Positions 37,742-48,067 of a stretch of 60,963 bases of DNA are shown piece after piece (positions within the stretch are counted from its first letter, which is position 1; every line of letters begins with the position of its first letter). Under the pieces are notes generated by a model. It saw nothing but the letters and a program-made list of their open reading frames with translations. It was not told the origin of the DNA and searched no databases. Both the position numbers and the translations under genes were made by a program. The stretch is from positions 1 through 60,963 of IMG/VR virus record IMGVR_UViG_3300050004_000011; one strand, given 5' to 3'. This stretch comes from a virus. Lineage: Duplodnaviria > Caudoviricetes.

Positions 37742-38409
37742 AACGCCATCTCCCGGGCCAGAACGGCTTTCTTCACGCGCCGGTCGCGCCACACTCGCAA
37801 CGAGTTGGTGCGTTGCGTCTCCCGATACTGCTCATTTCCGAAGAACGACTTGTCGTAGTTCTGAGCTTCCGGACTCGCCCAACGTGTTGCCAATGCTGCG
37901 CGAATCTGAGCGTTGCCGTCGGCCTCACAGCGCGCCTTCGCTTGCGCCCGGGTCTTCTCCACGCCGAGCTTCTTCGTTGCGGAGATCTTCCGACCCTTTG
38001 CCTTTTGGTCTACTCTCTTTGCCGCAATCTGCTGCCCAACCATGCGCGCAGCCCTCACCGCGGGATCTTCCCAACTGGCTGCAACAGCCGCACCCTTACG
38101 TGCACGTGCTGCCGGATGCAACCCGGCCACGCCGTCCCCGCCGGCCGTCATGTTGTAGGCAGACTTGTATTGCTGGATCAGCGCGCACTCGCTGGCCGCC
38201 GCGTCCTCGGGAGTTCTGGCGCTAGCCACCACTTGCCAGTCGAAGCCTTGTTCTCCGTACTTGCGCAGCGCTTGACAAAACACGCGCACGCCGCCGTTTC
38301 TTGCCTCCGACAGATGACAGGCCCAACGTTGCTCTGCAGGCAGTGACGTCATTCCGACGTACTGCTTGCCGTTCGTCTTGTTGGTTACGACGTAGAGGGA
38401 GACCATCAC
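37738..38409 (-). CDS. GIY-YIG homing endonuclease
   Basis: LYVVTNKTNGKQYVG, RW..H, YNMTAGGDG. Confidence 0.85.
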   Translation of the reverse strand: MMVSLYVVTNKTNGKQYVGMTSLPAEQRWACHLSEARNGGVRVFCQALRKYGEQGFDWQVVASARTPEDAAASECALIQQYKSAYNMTAGGDGVAGLHPAARARKGAAVAASWEDPAVRAARMVGQQIAAKRVDQKAKGRKISATKKLGVEKTRAQAKARCEADGNAQIRAALATRWASPEAQNYDKSFFGNEQYRETQRTNSLRVWRDRRVKKAVLAREMAF

Positions 38410-38696
38410 CGACCCTGCTGTTGCTTGGCGGCCGCTTCCGCGGCCGCGTTCATGCGCGCCTTGGCGTCACCCATGGCGTCGAGGATGCAATTGGCGTCGT
38501 CCACGCGATCGATGTCCCAGTGCTCGAAGATCTCGTGAGCAGACTGGCCTCGCATCTCTTCACTCGTGACGATTCGCCAGACTGCCCACTCGTCGATCAG
38601 GTAGTCTTCGGGGAGCTCGAGACGGCCGGCTCGGCTTGCGGCGGGGTCGGCATTTTCTTCAGCAGCCCCGCGAGAGGGCCGGACCCGTCTAAAAAA
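38406..38696 (-). CDS. Tail assembly chaperone -1 frameshift extension (gpT-like)
   Basis: Open -1 frame after slippery T TTT TTA at 38690-38696. Confidence 0.7.
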   Translation of the reverse strand, partial: FFRRVRPSRGAAEENADPAASRAGRLELPEDYLIDEWAVWRIVTSEEMRGQSAHEIFEHWDIDRVDDANCILDAMGDAKARMNAAAEAAAKQQQGR

Positions 38697-39037
38697 GCGC
38701 CGTACTCCCCCTGGACGCACTCGACCAGGAACTGCACGACGTGGTCGGGGCGGCCCCCGAAGACGTCTTCGACGAACGGCGCGAGTTGCGTCCAGTTCGG
38801 GCGCGAGTCGCTCATGAACTCGGCCTTGGCCGTGAAGATGTCTAACAGTTCCGGCAGGCAGTCGAGGCCTTCGACGGCGCGCGCGACGGCGTTGCCAACC
38901 TGTCCCGCGGGGGCGTTGTGCGCTTCTGCGAGCGCTGGCATCAGCACCTTGCCGACGAGCTTGAGGCCGGCGAGGCTGGTCTTCACCTTGAGGCGATTAA
39001 CTCGGAAGTTGGTCTCCCCGACTTTGAACTCTTTCAT
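38597..39037 (-). CDS. Tail assembly chaperone
   Basis: Position between tube and tape measure; slippery site. Confidence 0.75.
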   Translation of the reverse strand: MKEFKVGETNFRVNRLKVKTSLAGLKLVGKVLMPALAEAHNAPAGQVGNAVARAVEGLDCLPELLDIFTAKAEFMSDSRPNWTQLAPFVEDVFGGRPDHVVQFLVECVQGEYGAFLDGSGPLAGLLKKMPTPPQAEPAVSSSPKTT

Positions 39038-39055
39038 GGTGGTGGTCCTGTGCGG

Positions 39056-39602
39056 TCACTTCTTGGCGGTGGGTTTGGTGTTGCGGGCGATGAACTGAAG
39101 GCGGAGTGCGGCCTCGAGCGCGCGGCGCGCCGCGGGGGCGTCGCCGCTGCGTAGGGCGGACACCAACTCGGTGACCACCTCGCGCACGGGCGCCGCCAGG
39201 CTGGCGATGGCCAGTACGAGCCCCATCATTTGCAGGCCTCCTGGCTCTTCTGGAACTCTTCCAGGATCTCGTCCCGCGAGGGGCACTCGGAGATGTCCAC
39301 GCCGGCGTCACCGATGCGGCACTCCCGGTCCACGCGCGCCTGCGCGTAGAGGTCAGCCGCCGCGTAGCACAGAGCCCGGCTCGCCGGGGGTAGCGCGGCG
39401 CTGCACGCCACGAAGCAGAGGGCGAGTAGGAGAACCCGCATTACTACTGGACCCCCGCGTCGCCGGACACCGTGGTGCCACAGCGGCAGGGCTCGCACTT
39501 CGGCGCGGGCGCCGGGGAGGGGCTGTAGAGCCCGAACGCCGTGGCGAGTACGACTGCGATGCCGAATGCCTTGGCCGCGTTGGCTTTGGTCAGGTGCTTC
39601 AT
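39056..39602 (-). CDS. Three small membrane/lipoprotein ORFs (39444-39602, 39226-39441, 39056-39229)
   Basis: Hydrophobic N-termini; FVAC lipobox in the middle ORF. Confidence 0.5.
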
Positions 39603-39603
39603 G

Positions 39604-40044
39604 CTAATTCCCGCCCAAAATAAATTGTCCCGGCTCGATGATCGCGATGAGCTCCCAAGACACATCGGGCTTGGTGATGCCGAAACTCTGCTCCGGGAAG
39701 CCGATGATGCGGCAGCGGTCGGTCATGATGATCGTGCTGCCGTTGGCGTCCTTGCACAGGAGTGGAGCGATGCCTGCGCCGTTCGAGGCCTGGCGATCCG
39801 CGATGTGGATGGCCGTCAGTTTCGCGTGCTCCGCGGACGTGCCCTTGAACGACAACGAGATGTTGTAGACGTCGTTGTTCGTGCCGCAGAACGCGACGTG
39901 GCCGTCGGCGCCGGGGCCCTCGATCACGTACCCGGGACCGTTGGCGGAGATTTTGAAGAACGGGTCAGCGCGACCGTCGCCCAGCGCGATGCCGGCGAAG
40001 ACGACCGAGACAACTTTTGATTCGTATACGGCCAGACGTGACAT
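39604..40044 (-). CDS. Tail tube protein
   Basis: 146 aa directly after the sheath; GADG motif. Confidence 0.75.
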   Translation of the reverse strand: MSRLAVYESKVVSVVFAGIALGDGRADPFFKISANGPGYVIEGPGADGHVAFCGTNNDVYNISLSFKGTSAEHAKLTAIHIADRQASNGAGIAPLLCKDANGSTIIMTDRCRIIGFPEQSFGITKPDVSWELIAIIEPGQFILGGN

Positions 40045-40088
40045 TTAGTAAATGACTGCCTTTCGAGAATGACGTGCGGTCATTTTCA

Positions 40089-41423
40089 TCAGAATGAGAC
40101 GACGCCCTGGATCACTGTTTTTTGCATGTCATTGGGCATCACACACGCAAACTTGATGCTGCTGAGCAGCCCCGCGACCTTGTCCGCTGCACTGAGCGTG
40201 GACGCGCGCGGCACGGTGACCGTGAAGTTCGGCTCGATGATGCCCTGCGACTGGAAGTTGCTGAGCACGCCGCGGACCGCCGCCTCCTGCATGGCGAACC
40301 CGGTGTCGCTCATGGGGACGTACTCGTTGCTGAGGAACACGGCGAGCACAGCCTCGCGCATGCGCGCATCCAGCAAGTGGATGGCGTCGTTGATGCGCAG
40401 CGAGCGGCCCGACGAGGCTCGACCGAACCATGTGTGCGCCGTGCCATCGTTGAGCGCGTACACGTTGACGTTCTTGCCCTTGGCGTTCGCGATGTGCGTC
40501 GCCGTGAGCGCGTCGGCGGTCACGCCCGAGAGCTGCTTGAAGTGGTAACCGCTAGTGCCGGGGTCGAGCGCGCTCTGGCGCCCCACGATGCACGCCGCGA
40601 GGTTTCCGGGCATGTCGTTCGAGTGCCACACCGAGGCGTCATCGTAGAGGTTGCCGAAGAAATCGTTGCCCACGCCCGTGCCCGCCGCGTCGGCGATGTT
40701 GGTCGTGTCGGCGCTGTGCGCGAAGAAGGGGTTGCCGTTGGCCTCAGCCCACGCCGCCGCCGCATTGTTCTCGGCCTCGCTGAACGAGTCGATCACGAAG
40801 CGGTAGAAGCTGTGGTCACTTGCGGCCGCGGCCAGGTCCGTCGCGATGCCGGCGTCCGTGCTCGCGTCGAGCAGCTTGATCAGGCGCGGGTTGTGCCCGG
40901 AGATCATGACAGGCTCGCCCGGCGTGGCGCCGGTGAACGTGAGCTTGGTGGCCGTCGCGCTGTCGGGCGCCACCGCCGCGCCCGCGATGCCCGCGAGGCT
41001 GGCATCGATCAGGATCTCGAGAGCATCACAGATGCTGTTGACCGTGGCCGCAGCCGGCACGGTGTAACTGATGTCGCTCTCGACACCCTTATAGGTGAGC
41101 GTGAACGAATAGACCAAGCCTTCGGTCGTCAAGAGCGGCGTGAAGTCCAGGACGCTGGTCGTGAGCGCCGCGCGCTTGTACACGAGCACCTGGTCCGCGT
41201 GGGGCTCTTGCGATGCCATGCTGGACGCGAGCAGGTACCCTCGGTCAGTGAGGGCGAAGCCGTCCGTGACCATGGCCGCGAGACCTTCGCTAGAGAGCTC
41301 GTAGAGCGTGCCGCCGGAGACCGGCGCGTCACAAAATATTGCGGGCGTTCCGAAAGATGCCGCCTGGGACGCGCGGGTACCCAAAATTATGCTGACACTG
41401 ACGACTTGCGTGGAGATACTCAT
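40089..41423 (-). CDS. Tail sheath protein (DUF3383-like)
   Basis: ASFGTP, FKQLSGV, VPMSDTG, VIQGVV. Confidence 0.85.
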   Translation of the reverse strand: MSISTQVVSVSIILGTRASQAASFGTPAIFCDAPVSGGTLYELSSEGLAAMVTDGFALTDRGYLLASSMASQEPHADQVLVYKRAALTTSVLDFTPLLTTEGLVYSFTLTYKGVESDISYTVPAAATVNSICDALEILIDASLAGIAGAAVAPDSATATKLTFTGATPGEPVMISGHNPRLIKLLDASTDAGIATDLAAAASDHSFYRFVIDSFSEAENNAAAAWAEANGNPFFAHSADTTNIADAAGTGVGNDFFGNLYDDASVWHSNDMPGNLAACIVGRQSALDPGTSGYHFKQLSGVTADALTATHIANAKGKNVNVYALNDGTAHTWFGRASSGRSLRINDAIHLLDARMREAVLAVFLSNEYVPMSDTGFAMQEAAVRGVLSNFQSQGIIEPNFTVTVPRASTLSAADKVAGLLSSIKFACVMPNDMQKTVIQGVVSF

Positions 41424-41483
41424 TTTTGGGCCTTTAGTAGGTTAGCACCACATGTAGGTGCGGTCAATTCAGTGTGGTCATTT

Positions 41484-42071
41484 TCAGGAGGGGCGGACCA
41501 CGTCCTGGTCCAGGTCCGGGATGGGGTCCTCCCCGGTGTCCACCTCGGTCTCGGCGAAACGCACGGTTTGCATGTTGGGCGTCGCCTCGGACGTGGCGGG
41601 GTCCAGCGGGAAGTCAATGACGGCACGGAAGCCGAGCTCGAAGGCATAGGCACTGATGGTGCGACCCTCGTGCGCGAAGCTGATGTGGTGCACGTAGGTG
41701 CTCTCGTCGTGCTGCACCACCACCCCGCTGTCGAGCTCGAGTGAGGGGTTCAGCAGACCGGCGCGGATCTTGTGCAGCGCCACGTTGGCGTCATGGTTCG
41801 GTGCGTTGAAGATGCTCTCACAGCGGACCTGCACGCGGATGTAGTAGAGGGACGACAGGCGCCAGTACCAGGTGCCGGGGCTGTCTTCGTCCTCCACATG
41901 GCAGTTGCGGTCCTGCAGGCACTGCTCGTACAGGATGTCGAGGATCGCGAACGTCTTGGCCGCCGGGCGTGGCTCGTCCACCCACGTCACCGCGGCGTCG
42001 CTCGAGAAGGCGTTGCAGCCCTGCACCGCAGCCTTGATAGCTGTTTGGACGTCTCCGAAGGAAACGGTCAC
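41484..42071 (-). CDS. Neck/tail terminator protein
   Basis: Synteny before the sheath. Confidence 0.6.
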   Translation of the reverse strand: MTVSFGDVQTAIKAAVQGCNAFSSDAAVTWVDEPRPAAKTFAILDILYEQCLQDRNCHVEDEDSPGTWYWRLSSLYYIRVQVRCESIFNAPNHDANVALHKIRAGLLNPSLELDSGVVVQHDESTYVHHISFAHEGRTISAYAFELGFRAVIDFPLDPATSEATPNMQTVRFAETEVDTGEDPIPDLDQDVVRPS

Positions 42072-42583
42072 TGCTTGCCCCCTCGGGTCGAGAAGGACCA
42101 GAAACTGCGCAGCAGGCCCTTCGTGACCACCTTCGCGTGGATCGAGCGCATCAGTTGTCCGGTCTCCACCAGCGGGCGGGTCTCGGGGCTCTTGCCCCAC
42201 AGCGTGCGGGGTGCGTTCTTGGGCTTGATCTGACCGGCGGCGATGCGACCCACCATGGTGGCCTGCGCGCGCTGCGCGAGCACCTGAAGCGGGCCTGGAT
42301 CAAAACGTTGTGTGCGCACCATCTCCGCCAGTGCGCGGCGCAACTGATCGGTCACCCTCGAGGCGTGCAGCCCCACCCAGCCCCGGAACCACGGGCGCGC
42401 TGGGATGTCCGCAGCGGCGCTGCCGAACTCGTTGATGGTGGCCACCTCACCCACCGTGAGCGGGCCGTCGCCGTGCTTCTGGTCGAAGTCCTCGGGCTGG
42501 ATGCCCACGTTGAGATCGACGTTGATGCGTCGAACGAGGTTCAACGCGCCAGAATCGCGGATGTGCAGGCGCACCTGGTTCAT
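42068..42583 (-). CDS. Neck/tail completion protein
   Basis: INEFG..IPARPW..NAPRT..PLVETGQL. Confidence 0.75.
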   Translation of the reverse strand: MNQVRLHIRDSGALNLVRRINVDLNVGIQPEDFDQKHGDGPLTVGEVATINEFGSAAADIPARPWFRGWVGLHASRVTDQLRRALAEMVRTQRFDPGPLQVLAQRAQATMVGRIAAGQIKPKNAPRTLWGKSPETRPLVETGQLMRSIHAKVVTKGLLRSFWSFSTRGGKQ

Positions 42584-42876
42584 CAGACCACGCGCGAGCG
42601 CCCGCAGGCGAACGCTTTCTTGCGCTCGTGCAGGTCCTGTGAGTAGGTCGTCGGTTTCCCCGGCTGGCTCAGGTTGGCGTTCCGCCCCATGGGGGTCTGG
42701 GCAAGCGTGTCGGCACACTGAAGGTAGACGATGTCGTCTCGGACCTCTTCCGGCCACGCGGACCCGATGCGGCGCTCTGCGCGCGCGAGCACCGCTGTCA
42801 CCAGCGCATCGTCCTCCGCATGCAGTGGCTCAAACTCGGGGTATTCGACCAGGAACCCCGCCACCGTCGCGGTCAC
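42583..42876 (-). CDS. Head-tail adaptor (DUF4054-like)
   Basis: FLVEYPEF...TTY. Confidence 0.65.
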   Translation of the reverse strand: MTATVAGFLVEYPEFEPLHAEDDALVTAVLARAERRIGSAWPEEVRDDIVYLQCADTLAQTPMGRNANLSQPGKPTTYSQDLHERKKAFACGRSRVV

Positions 42877-43157
42877 GCCTTGCCGCCCCCGTGCGGGGTG
42901 CGGGAGAACTTGTTCTTGCCCTGCGGCGCGGGGCGCTGCGCCACCTGCACCTGTTGGAGTGCAGGAGACGTGAACTCGCCTCCAGGCGCGCGCGCGAACT
43001 CGGGCTCGTACTCCGCCTGCCCGCTCTCCACCAGGAGCTCCACCGCTGCCGAGTCGTCAGCCGGCACATTCCAGTAAGTGGGGTATTCGGGCGCCAGCGA
43101 GATGCCGCCTAGAATGACGGTACGCACGCCGGGTTTCAGTCTTGCTCTCAGCTTCAC
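42873..43157 (-). CDS. Small hypothetical head-module protein
   Basis: ORF between major capsid gene and adaptor. Confidence 0.5.
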   Translation of the reverse strand: MKLRARLKPGVRTVILGGISLAPEYPTYWNVPADDSAAVELLVESGQAEYEPEFARAPGGEFTSPALQQVQVAQRPAPQGKNKFSRTPHGGGKA

Positions 43158-43302
43158 GCTTTGCTCCAGGAAAAGAGATGCCCCGGCGGCTTGCGCCGCC
43201 GGGGCTTCATCACCACCACCAACCACTCACCCGCGGTGCACCCGCCGCGCTCGGGGAAGAGTTAGTCCCACACCCCTATCGGGGTGTGGGTTGCGGTCAT
43301 TT

Positions 43303-44280
43303 TCAGAGACCGCTCATCTTGCAGACGTTCGTGGGGTTCAGACACCGCACGCCGCCCGTCGCCATCTTGCCGGGCACCAGGTACCCGTTGGTACCGCGAA
43401 GCGCCTGACCGAACTGCAACTCACGCTGCATCAGCATCTTCGGACGGAAGGGGCTGAGATGATTCCAGGCCATGGCGCACGGCGTGACGCTGGTACCTTG
43501 CGTGGCGAGGGGCTCCCAGATCTCGATCTCGACGCCGGGGCGCTCCGCGCGGAAAATCGTCAAGGCGCTGCGCTCGAGAGAGTCGGTGCGCGTCTTGTTG
43601 GCCTTCTGCCACTGCGCGAGCGGCATGACGATCCGCGTCGCCTTGTCGCGCTGTTTGCTGGCGATGATCACGCCGTCGCACAGGCGATGCAGGTCTTCAA
43701 CAATCTCCGCCGCGGTCGCAACGGCCCACGTGGTGCCCGTACCGGCCTTGGTGACCGCGGTCACCGAGGTGACGTCCGCCAGGTTGCCGAGACCCTTGAG
43801 CGTAACGCCGTTCGCGGTGTGACCCACGCTGGCAATGACCTCAAGGAAGTTCTCCGCAGCCATGTTGCAGGCGTCGATGTTCTCCGTACCGAGCGAGAAG
43901 CCCACCTTGGCCGCCAACTCCAGATCACGGTCGAACACGCCGTAGGCGAGGCCGAACTCGTAGATCTTGAGGAACTGGTTGCTCGTCGAGAAAGACGGCA
44001 TCGGGAGCTCTTGCGTCGGGGACTTGTTCGTCAAGTTGACGGGTTCCTCGATGTACTCCTGGTACTTGCGGTCCTCGATCTGGTGCGCCCACGAAGCCAC
44101 CGGTTCGACGTCGATGATCCCGCGCCAGAAGTTGGGGCGGTACAGCGTACGGTGCTTCCCCATCAACTGAGTCAGCTCCTGCGGGTACACCAGTGAGTCC
44201 TGGCGGACGCCCTGGGGCACTAGCACGCCCGCGGGGGCGATGCCGGGGACGTTACCGCCCTGAAAAATCTCGATCTTCAT
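43303..44280 (-). CDS. Major capsid protein (DUF2184-like)
   Basis: 325 aa after decoration protein; ELAAK, GL.N, TGGV. Confidence 0.8.
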   Translation of the reverse strand: MKIEIFQGGNVPGIAPAGVLVPQGVRQDSLVYPQELTQLMGKHRTLYRPNFWRGIIDVEPVASWAHQIEDRKYQEYIEEPVNLTNKSPTQELPMPSFSTSNQFLKIYEFGLAYGVFDRDLELAAKVGFSLGTENIDACNMAAENFLEVIASVGHTANGVTLKGLGNLADVTSVTAVTKAGTGTTWAVATAAEIVEDLHRLCDGVIIASKQRDKATRIVMPLAQWQKANKTRTDSLERSALTIFRAERPGVEIEIWEPLATQGTSVTPCAMAWNHLSPFRPKMLMQRELQFGQALRGTNGYLVPGKMATGGVRCLNPTNVCKMSGL

Positions 44281-44298
44281 GATGTTCCTGGTTGTCCT

Positions 44299-45069
44299 TT
44301 ACTTGGCCGGGACGCGGACCTTGGCGACGCCGGCACCGGCGGTGGCGGAGATGAATTTGTACCCGGGAAGCAGCACACAGCGCGCCGGGGCGGTGAACAC
44401 GAATTGACTGGTCTGTGCAATCTCGAGGATGCCGTTGACCGCCGTGATCGACAGTGCTGCGTTGTCCTCGGTGGCGTCGAACGCCGTGCCGGCGTTGATG
44501 AGGGCCGCTAGGCCTTCGACGATTTCCTGCGCGGTCGCCGTGGCGTCCGTGTTCAGGGTGTACGTCTCGGTGACGACGCCGTTGTGCAGCGTGAGGCTGT
44601 ACGTGTTGCCGACAGAAGCCGTGACGGCCACGGGGGTGGCGATGATGCCGCCCGCGGGGTAGTCGCTGCCGCTGCGGAACTTGCCGAGAACGGTGTTGTC
44701 GCCGCCATCGCTGGTGATGCGGACGCATACCTTGCCGTCGACCGCAACCGCCGCTTCGACGGGAACCCAGACGTAGCCCTCTTCGAGAATGCTCGCCTGG
44801 TCACCGAGCAGGTAATCCGCTGCCGCGTTGACGTCGTTCTTGAACTCGGGGTCCAAGAGAACACCGAGCAGCGCCTTGGCTTCCGCCACCGTGGTGGGGA
44901 CCTTGCAGGACTTGCCCGCAACGGCGCCGCCGGTGACGCCAAGGCCGGCGTCGACATTCGCGTCAACAACGCGGGTCAGCGTGCTGCCGGTGTAGCCCTT
45001 GGAGCTCGCGGCGATGTGCCCTGCCTGACCGGCGGTCGGGACTTCGAGCGTGGAAATGAATGATGCCAT
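44299..45069 (-). CDS. Capsid decoration/cement protein
   Basis: EEGYVWV...GKFR; lies between protease and capsid gene. Confidence 0.7.
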   Translation of the reverse strand: MASFISTLEVPTAGQAGHIAASSKGYTGSTLTRVVDANVDAGLGVTGGAVAGKSCKVPTTVAEAKALLGVLLDPEFKNDVNAAADYLLGDQASILEEGYVWVPVEAAVAVDGKVCVRITSDGGDNTVLGKFRSGSDYPAGGIIATPVAVTASVGNTYSLTLHNGVVTETYTLNTDATATAQEIVEGLAALINAGTAFDATEDNAALSITAVNGILEIAQTSQFVFTAPARCVLLPGYKFISATAGAGVAKVRVPAK

Positions 45070-45071
45070 GA

Positions 45072-46139
45072 TTACTTGCTCCCCTCACCCTTCGCCAGCT
45101 TGGCGAGGTGGGCGCTGAAATTCTCGTCGTTGTCGAGGTTGGTGACGGCCACATCCGTGCGGACCTCGCCGGGCTTGGGCGCGTAGAACTGCGCGGGCGC
45201 GTCCGTGCGCGTGAGACCTGTGAACAGGCCTTCCACGAAGGCATCACTCTTGTCCGTGACAGAAGCGGCTCCGTAAGAAGCAACAACCGCATCCTTGCGG
45301 ATATCGCTGTCGCTCTTGCCTGACGTCTCGTACTCGGCAGGTAGAAACTGCGCCGCAGACTTGAGCAGGTTCAGACGGCCGCTGACGCGCGCATCGATCT
45401 TGGCTGGGGTCAGTTCCGCTTCGGCCTTGTCGGCGCGGGCCTTTTCCGCCGCGAGAGCACCTTCAGCCTTGTCGGCGCGATCGGTCGCTACCTTGACGGC
45501 GGACTTGTGGTCCGCATCCAACTTGTTGATGTGTGCCTCAGAGCCGTATTCAAACTCCTGGCCATCGATTTTGATTTTCATTGCTTGCCCATCGAGCCGG
45601 AGACGTGCTTCGGCGCCGGCACGCGCCTTTGAGTTACGATCGAGGATCGCGACATGGTTGAATCGGATGTTGCGCTGCACTGCGTCGTACTTCTCCCCGC
45701 TCGGGGTGACGCCGGGGGTGAAGTCGAGTTCGCAGGAGTACCCGCAGCTGACCTCGGGTGCCGCATCGGTGCGGTCAATTTCAGCGAGGACCTTGCCGTC
45801 ACTGATGACGAGCGGGGCGCGCAGCCAGAGCTCATCGGAGCCGTCCACCTTCACGCGAGCCTCGGGAGGCGCGTCGGAAACGTGACCGATCTGATGATCG
45901 CGCACGTTCTCGGGTGTGACGGACTCGGAGGGGTGATTCAGCGTGACTGGAACCGAGCCCAGGCTGGCGAGGCTGTCCGCGGCGAACACCTCATCCTCGG
46001 GGCGGTACTCGCGCAGGTCCCCGTAGACCTGGATGCCCGTCCTCGAAATGGTGGCGGGCACGCGAACGGCCCCCGCGCCGGTTCGGCTGAACTTGCCGAG
46101 CCGGGAGACATCAGAACGTTGGACGCGAGCTAAATTCAC
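45072..46139 (-). CDS. Prohead protease/scaffold (DUF2213-like)
   Basis: RTGIQVY, YRPEDEVF, VTLNHP, EVSCGY, NHVAI, RAG. Confidence 0.9.
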   Translation of the reverse strand: MNLARVQRSDVSRLGKFSRTGAGAVRVPATISRTGIQVYGDLREYRPEDEVFAADSLASLGSVPVTLNHPSESVTPENVRDHQIGHVSDAPPEARVKVDGSDELWLRAPLVISDGKVLAEIDRTDAAPEVSCGYSCELDFTPGVTPSGEKYDAVQRNIRFNHVAILDRNSKARAGAEARLRLDGQAMKIKIDGQEFEYGSEAHINKLDADHKSAVKVATDRADKAEGALAAEKARADKAEAELTPAKIDARVSGRLNLLKSAAQFLPAEYETSGKSDSDIRKDAVVASYGAASVTDKSDAFVEGLFTGLTRTDAPAQFYAPKPGEVRTDVAVTNLDNDENFSAHLAKLAKGEGSK

Positions 46140-46199
46140 AGTACCCTACAAGGGTAGCAGGGTGTAGTCCTTTGTGCAATTAGGTGCGGTCATTTTTAT

Positions 46200-46733
46200 T
46201 TACTCCTGACCCGCAGAGTTGATCTGGTTGTTCCACAGGCGGAACGAAGGTGCCGCCACGGAGTCCAGGAACTTCACGTCGCTCACGTGCAGGCCCCACT
46301 TGGCGGCCTTCTTGCACGAGCGTCGCTCGAGCTCTGCCATCACGGTGCCGCCCAGCACTTCCTTGGACGACCGCCGGGGCACGAGCCAGCCCAACTCACC
46401 GGAGACCAGGTCCTGGACGTTGGCGCGGCCGTCGCACACGTTGAGCAGGTACTTCCGCGCGTCAGTGACGTTGAACGTGACAGCGGTGCGGAGCACCACG
46501 TCAATGCCATCTTTAGTGCGCAAACTTTGCGGATCACAGACCATGCTGTAGTCGCGGGCATCCTCAGCCTCAAGGCTCTCGAGGATCGGCCACTTCCACA
46601 CGAGCCCCGGCGAAACGGTGCGATTGGGTACGCCGAGGCGCCTCACGAAGCCGACCTGCTCCGCGTCGAGCACGGCCCAGAAGAGCAACTGGCGCCAGAA
46701 CTGCGCGAGAAAACTGAAGACGGAGGCCAGCAC
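46200..46733 (-). CDS. SPFH/Band 7 domain protein
   Basis: PGLVWKWP, QSLRTKDG, KWGL. Confidence 0.75.
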   Translation of the reverse strand: MLASVFSFLAQFWRQLLFWAVLDAEQVGFVRRLGVPNRTVSPGLVWKWPILESLEAEDARDYSMVCDPQSLRTKDGIDVVLRTAVTFNVTDARKYLLNVCDGRANVQDLVSGELGWLVPRRSSKEVLGGTVMAELERRSCKKAAKWGLHVSDVKFLDSVAAPSFRLWNNQINSAGQE

Positions 46734-48067
46734 TAGCGCCAGTCCACGCTGACATCCAGATGGCTTCGGACGTAACTGCACGCGCAATTGCACCCGGCGC
46801 CGCCTACCAACCCCACCAACAGCAAGAAGATCACTAAGGGTCTGAGATCAAATGAATACATTTTATGGCCTTTCCACGTCCGCGCACACCGAGGCGCCCG
46901 CCGAGTCACGCCAGCGCCCGTCGGCATGCTGCACTTCTGCGCACACCGTCACGCGCGTGACACACCCCGTCTGCAGGCCGAGCCCGAACGCCGTGGCGAT
47001 GAGCAGCACGGCCAGGGCCTTGCGTTCGCCTCGGGTCAAGGAGTGCCTCGGAAGTCGTCGGGCACACCGCCGTCACCCCACAGGTCGGTAATCATCAACT
47101 CCTCCAGGTAGAGCTCCGCGCTGCTCGCGCCACACAACCAACCCCAGAAAAACGTCTCGAGCAGCGTGGGCGCGGTCAGGACGGCTTGCGCGGCGAGGCG
47201 GCGGCGATCGGTCAGGTCCACGTGCGGCCTCGACAACACCAACCAAACGCTGTTTCCACACGCACCATGATGTGACTCTGTTGCAGGTGCACCACGCGGG
47301 TCTTCTCCCCCACCGACAGTATTGGCGCCGGCCTGATCGGGTTGCGCCAGTTCGGTGCTAGACCGTGGTGCGCCAGCAGCGCCGCGACTTCGGCGGGGGT
47401 CACGAGTCCACCCCAACGGCGCGTTCGAACCCCGAGGCCCGCTCTCGCAACACGCGCGCCTGCTCGATGCAGCGGTCTCGGACCGCCGCCACCGCCGCTT
47501 CGCGCGTCGGAAAAACGTCCGCCGCGTCCACGTGCGTGCGGTATCCAGAATACTGCACACCCTTCACCAGCACGACCCGCTTCGCGGTGCGCCTCAGGAT
47601 CTCAACCTGACCAAACACCGGCGGGTTGTCGGTCAGTCGCGTGCACCCTCCCAACCCGAAGTCTGCCATCCAGACTATCTCGTTCATGCGTCCACCGCCC
47701 CGGCGACCAGCGTGCGACCGGCTGCGTCGAACACCTCGTAGTATTTGCGGCCCTTCTCGCGCACCTGCGGCTTCAGTCGCGCCAGGAACGTCTCCCGGAA
47801 CTCGGCGTCGCCCCACTCGGCGCTCTCCGCGCGCGAGAGGTACACCTTCACTTTGGCTCCCATGCTCATGGGACCCTCTTCCACTCGCCAGAGGCGAACT
47901 CGCTCGGGACGCGGGGTGGGCGCAACGAAGGCGGCCGGTTCGCACGCACGATGCGCAAGGCCATGATGACACCCACGACCTGCAGGAGCAGGAGGGCGCC
48001 GGTGAGTATCATTGGTGTGGTCATATGTTGAGTATGGCAGGGGTTGAGACTGGCGCCAGTGATGCGG

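Noticed and set aside
40122-41744. Long antisense ORFs (also 717-1811, 25430-26941, 43078-44196)
   Set aside because: Shadow frames of high-GC genes with no recognisable motifs
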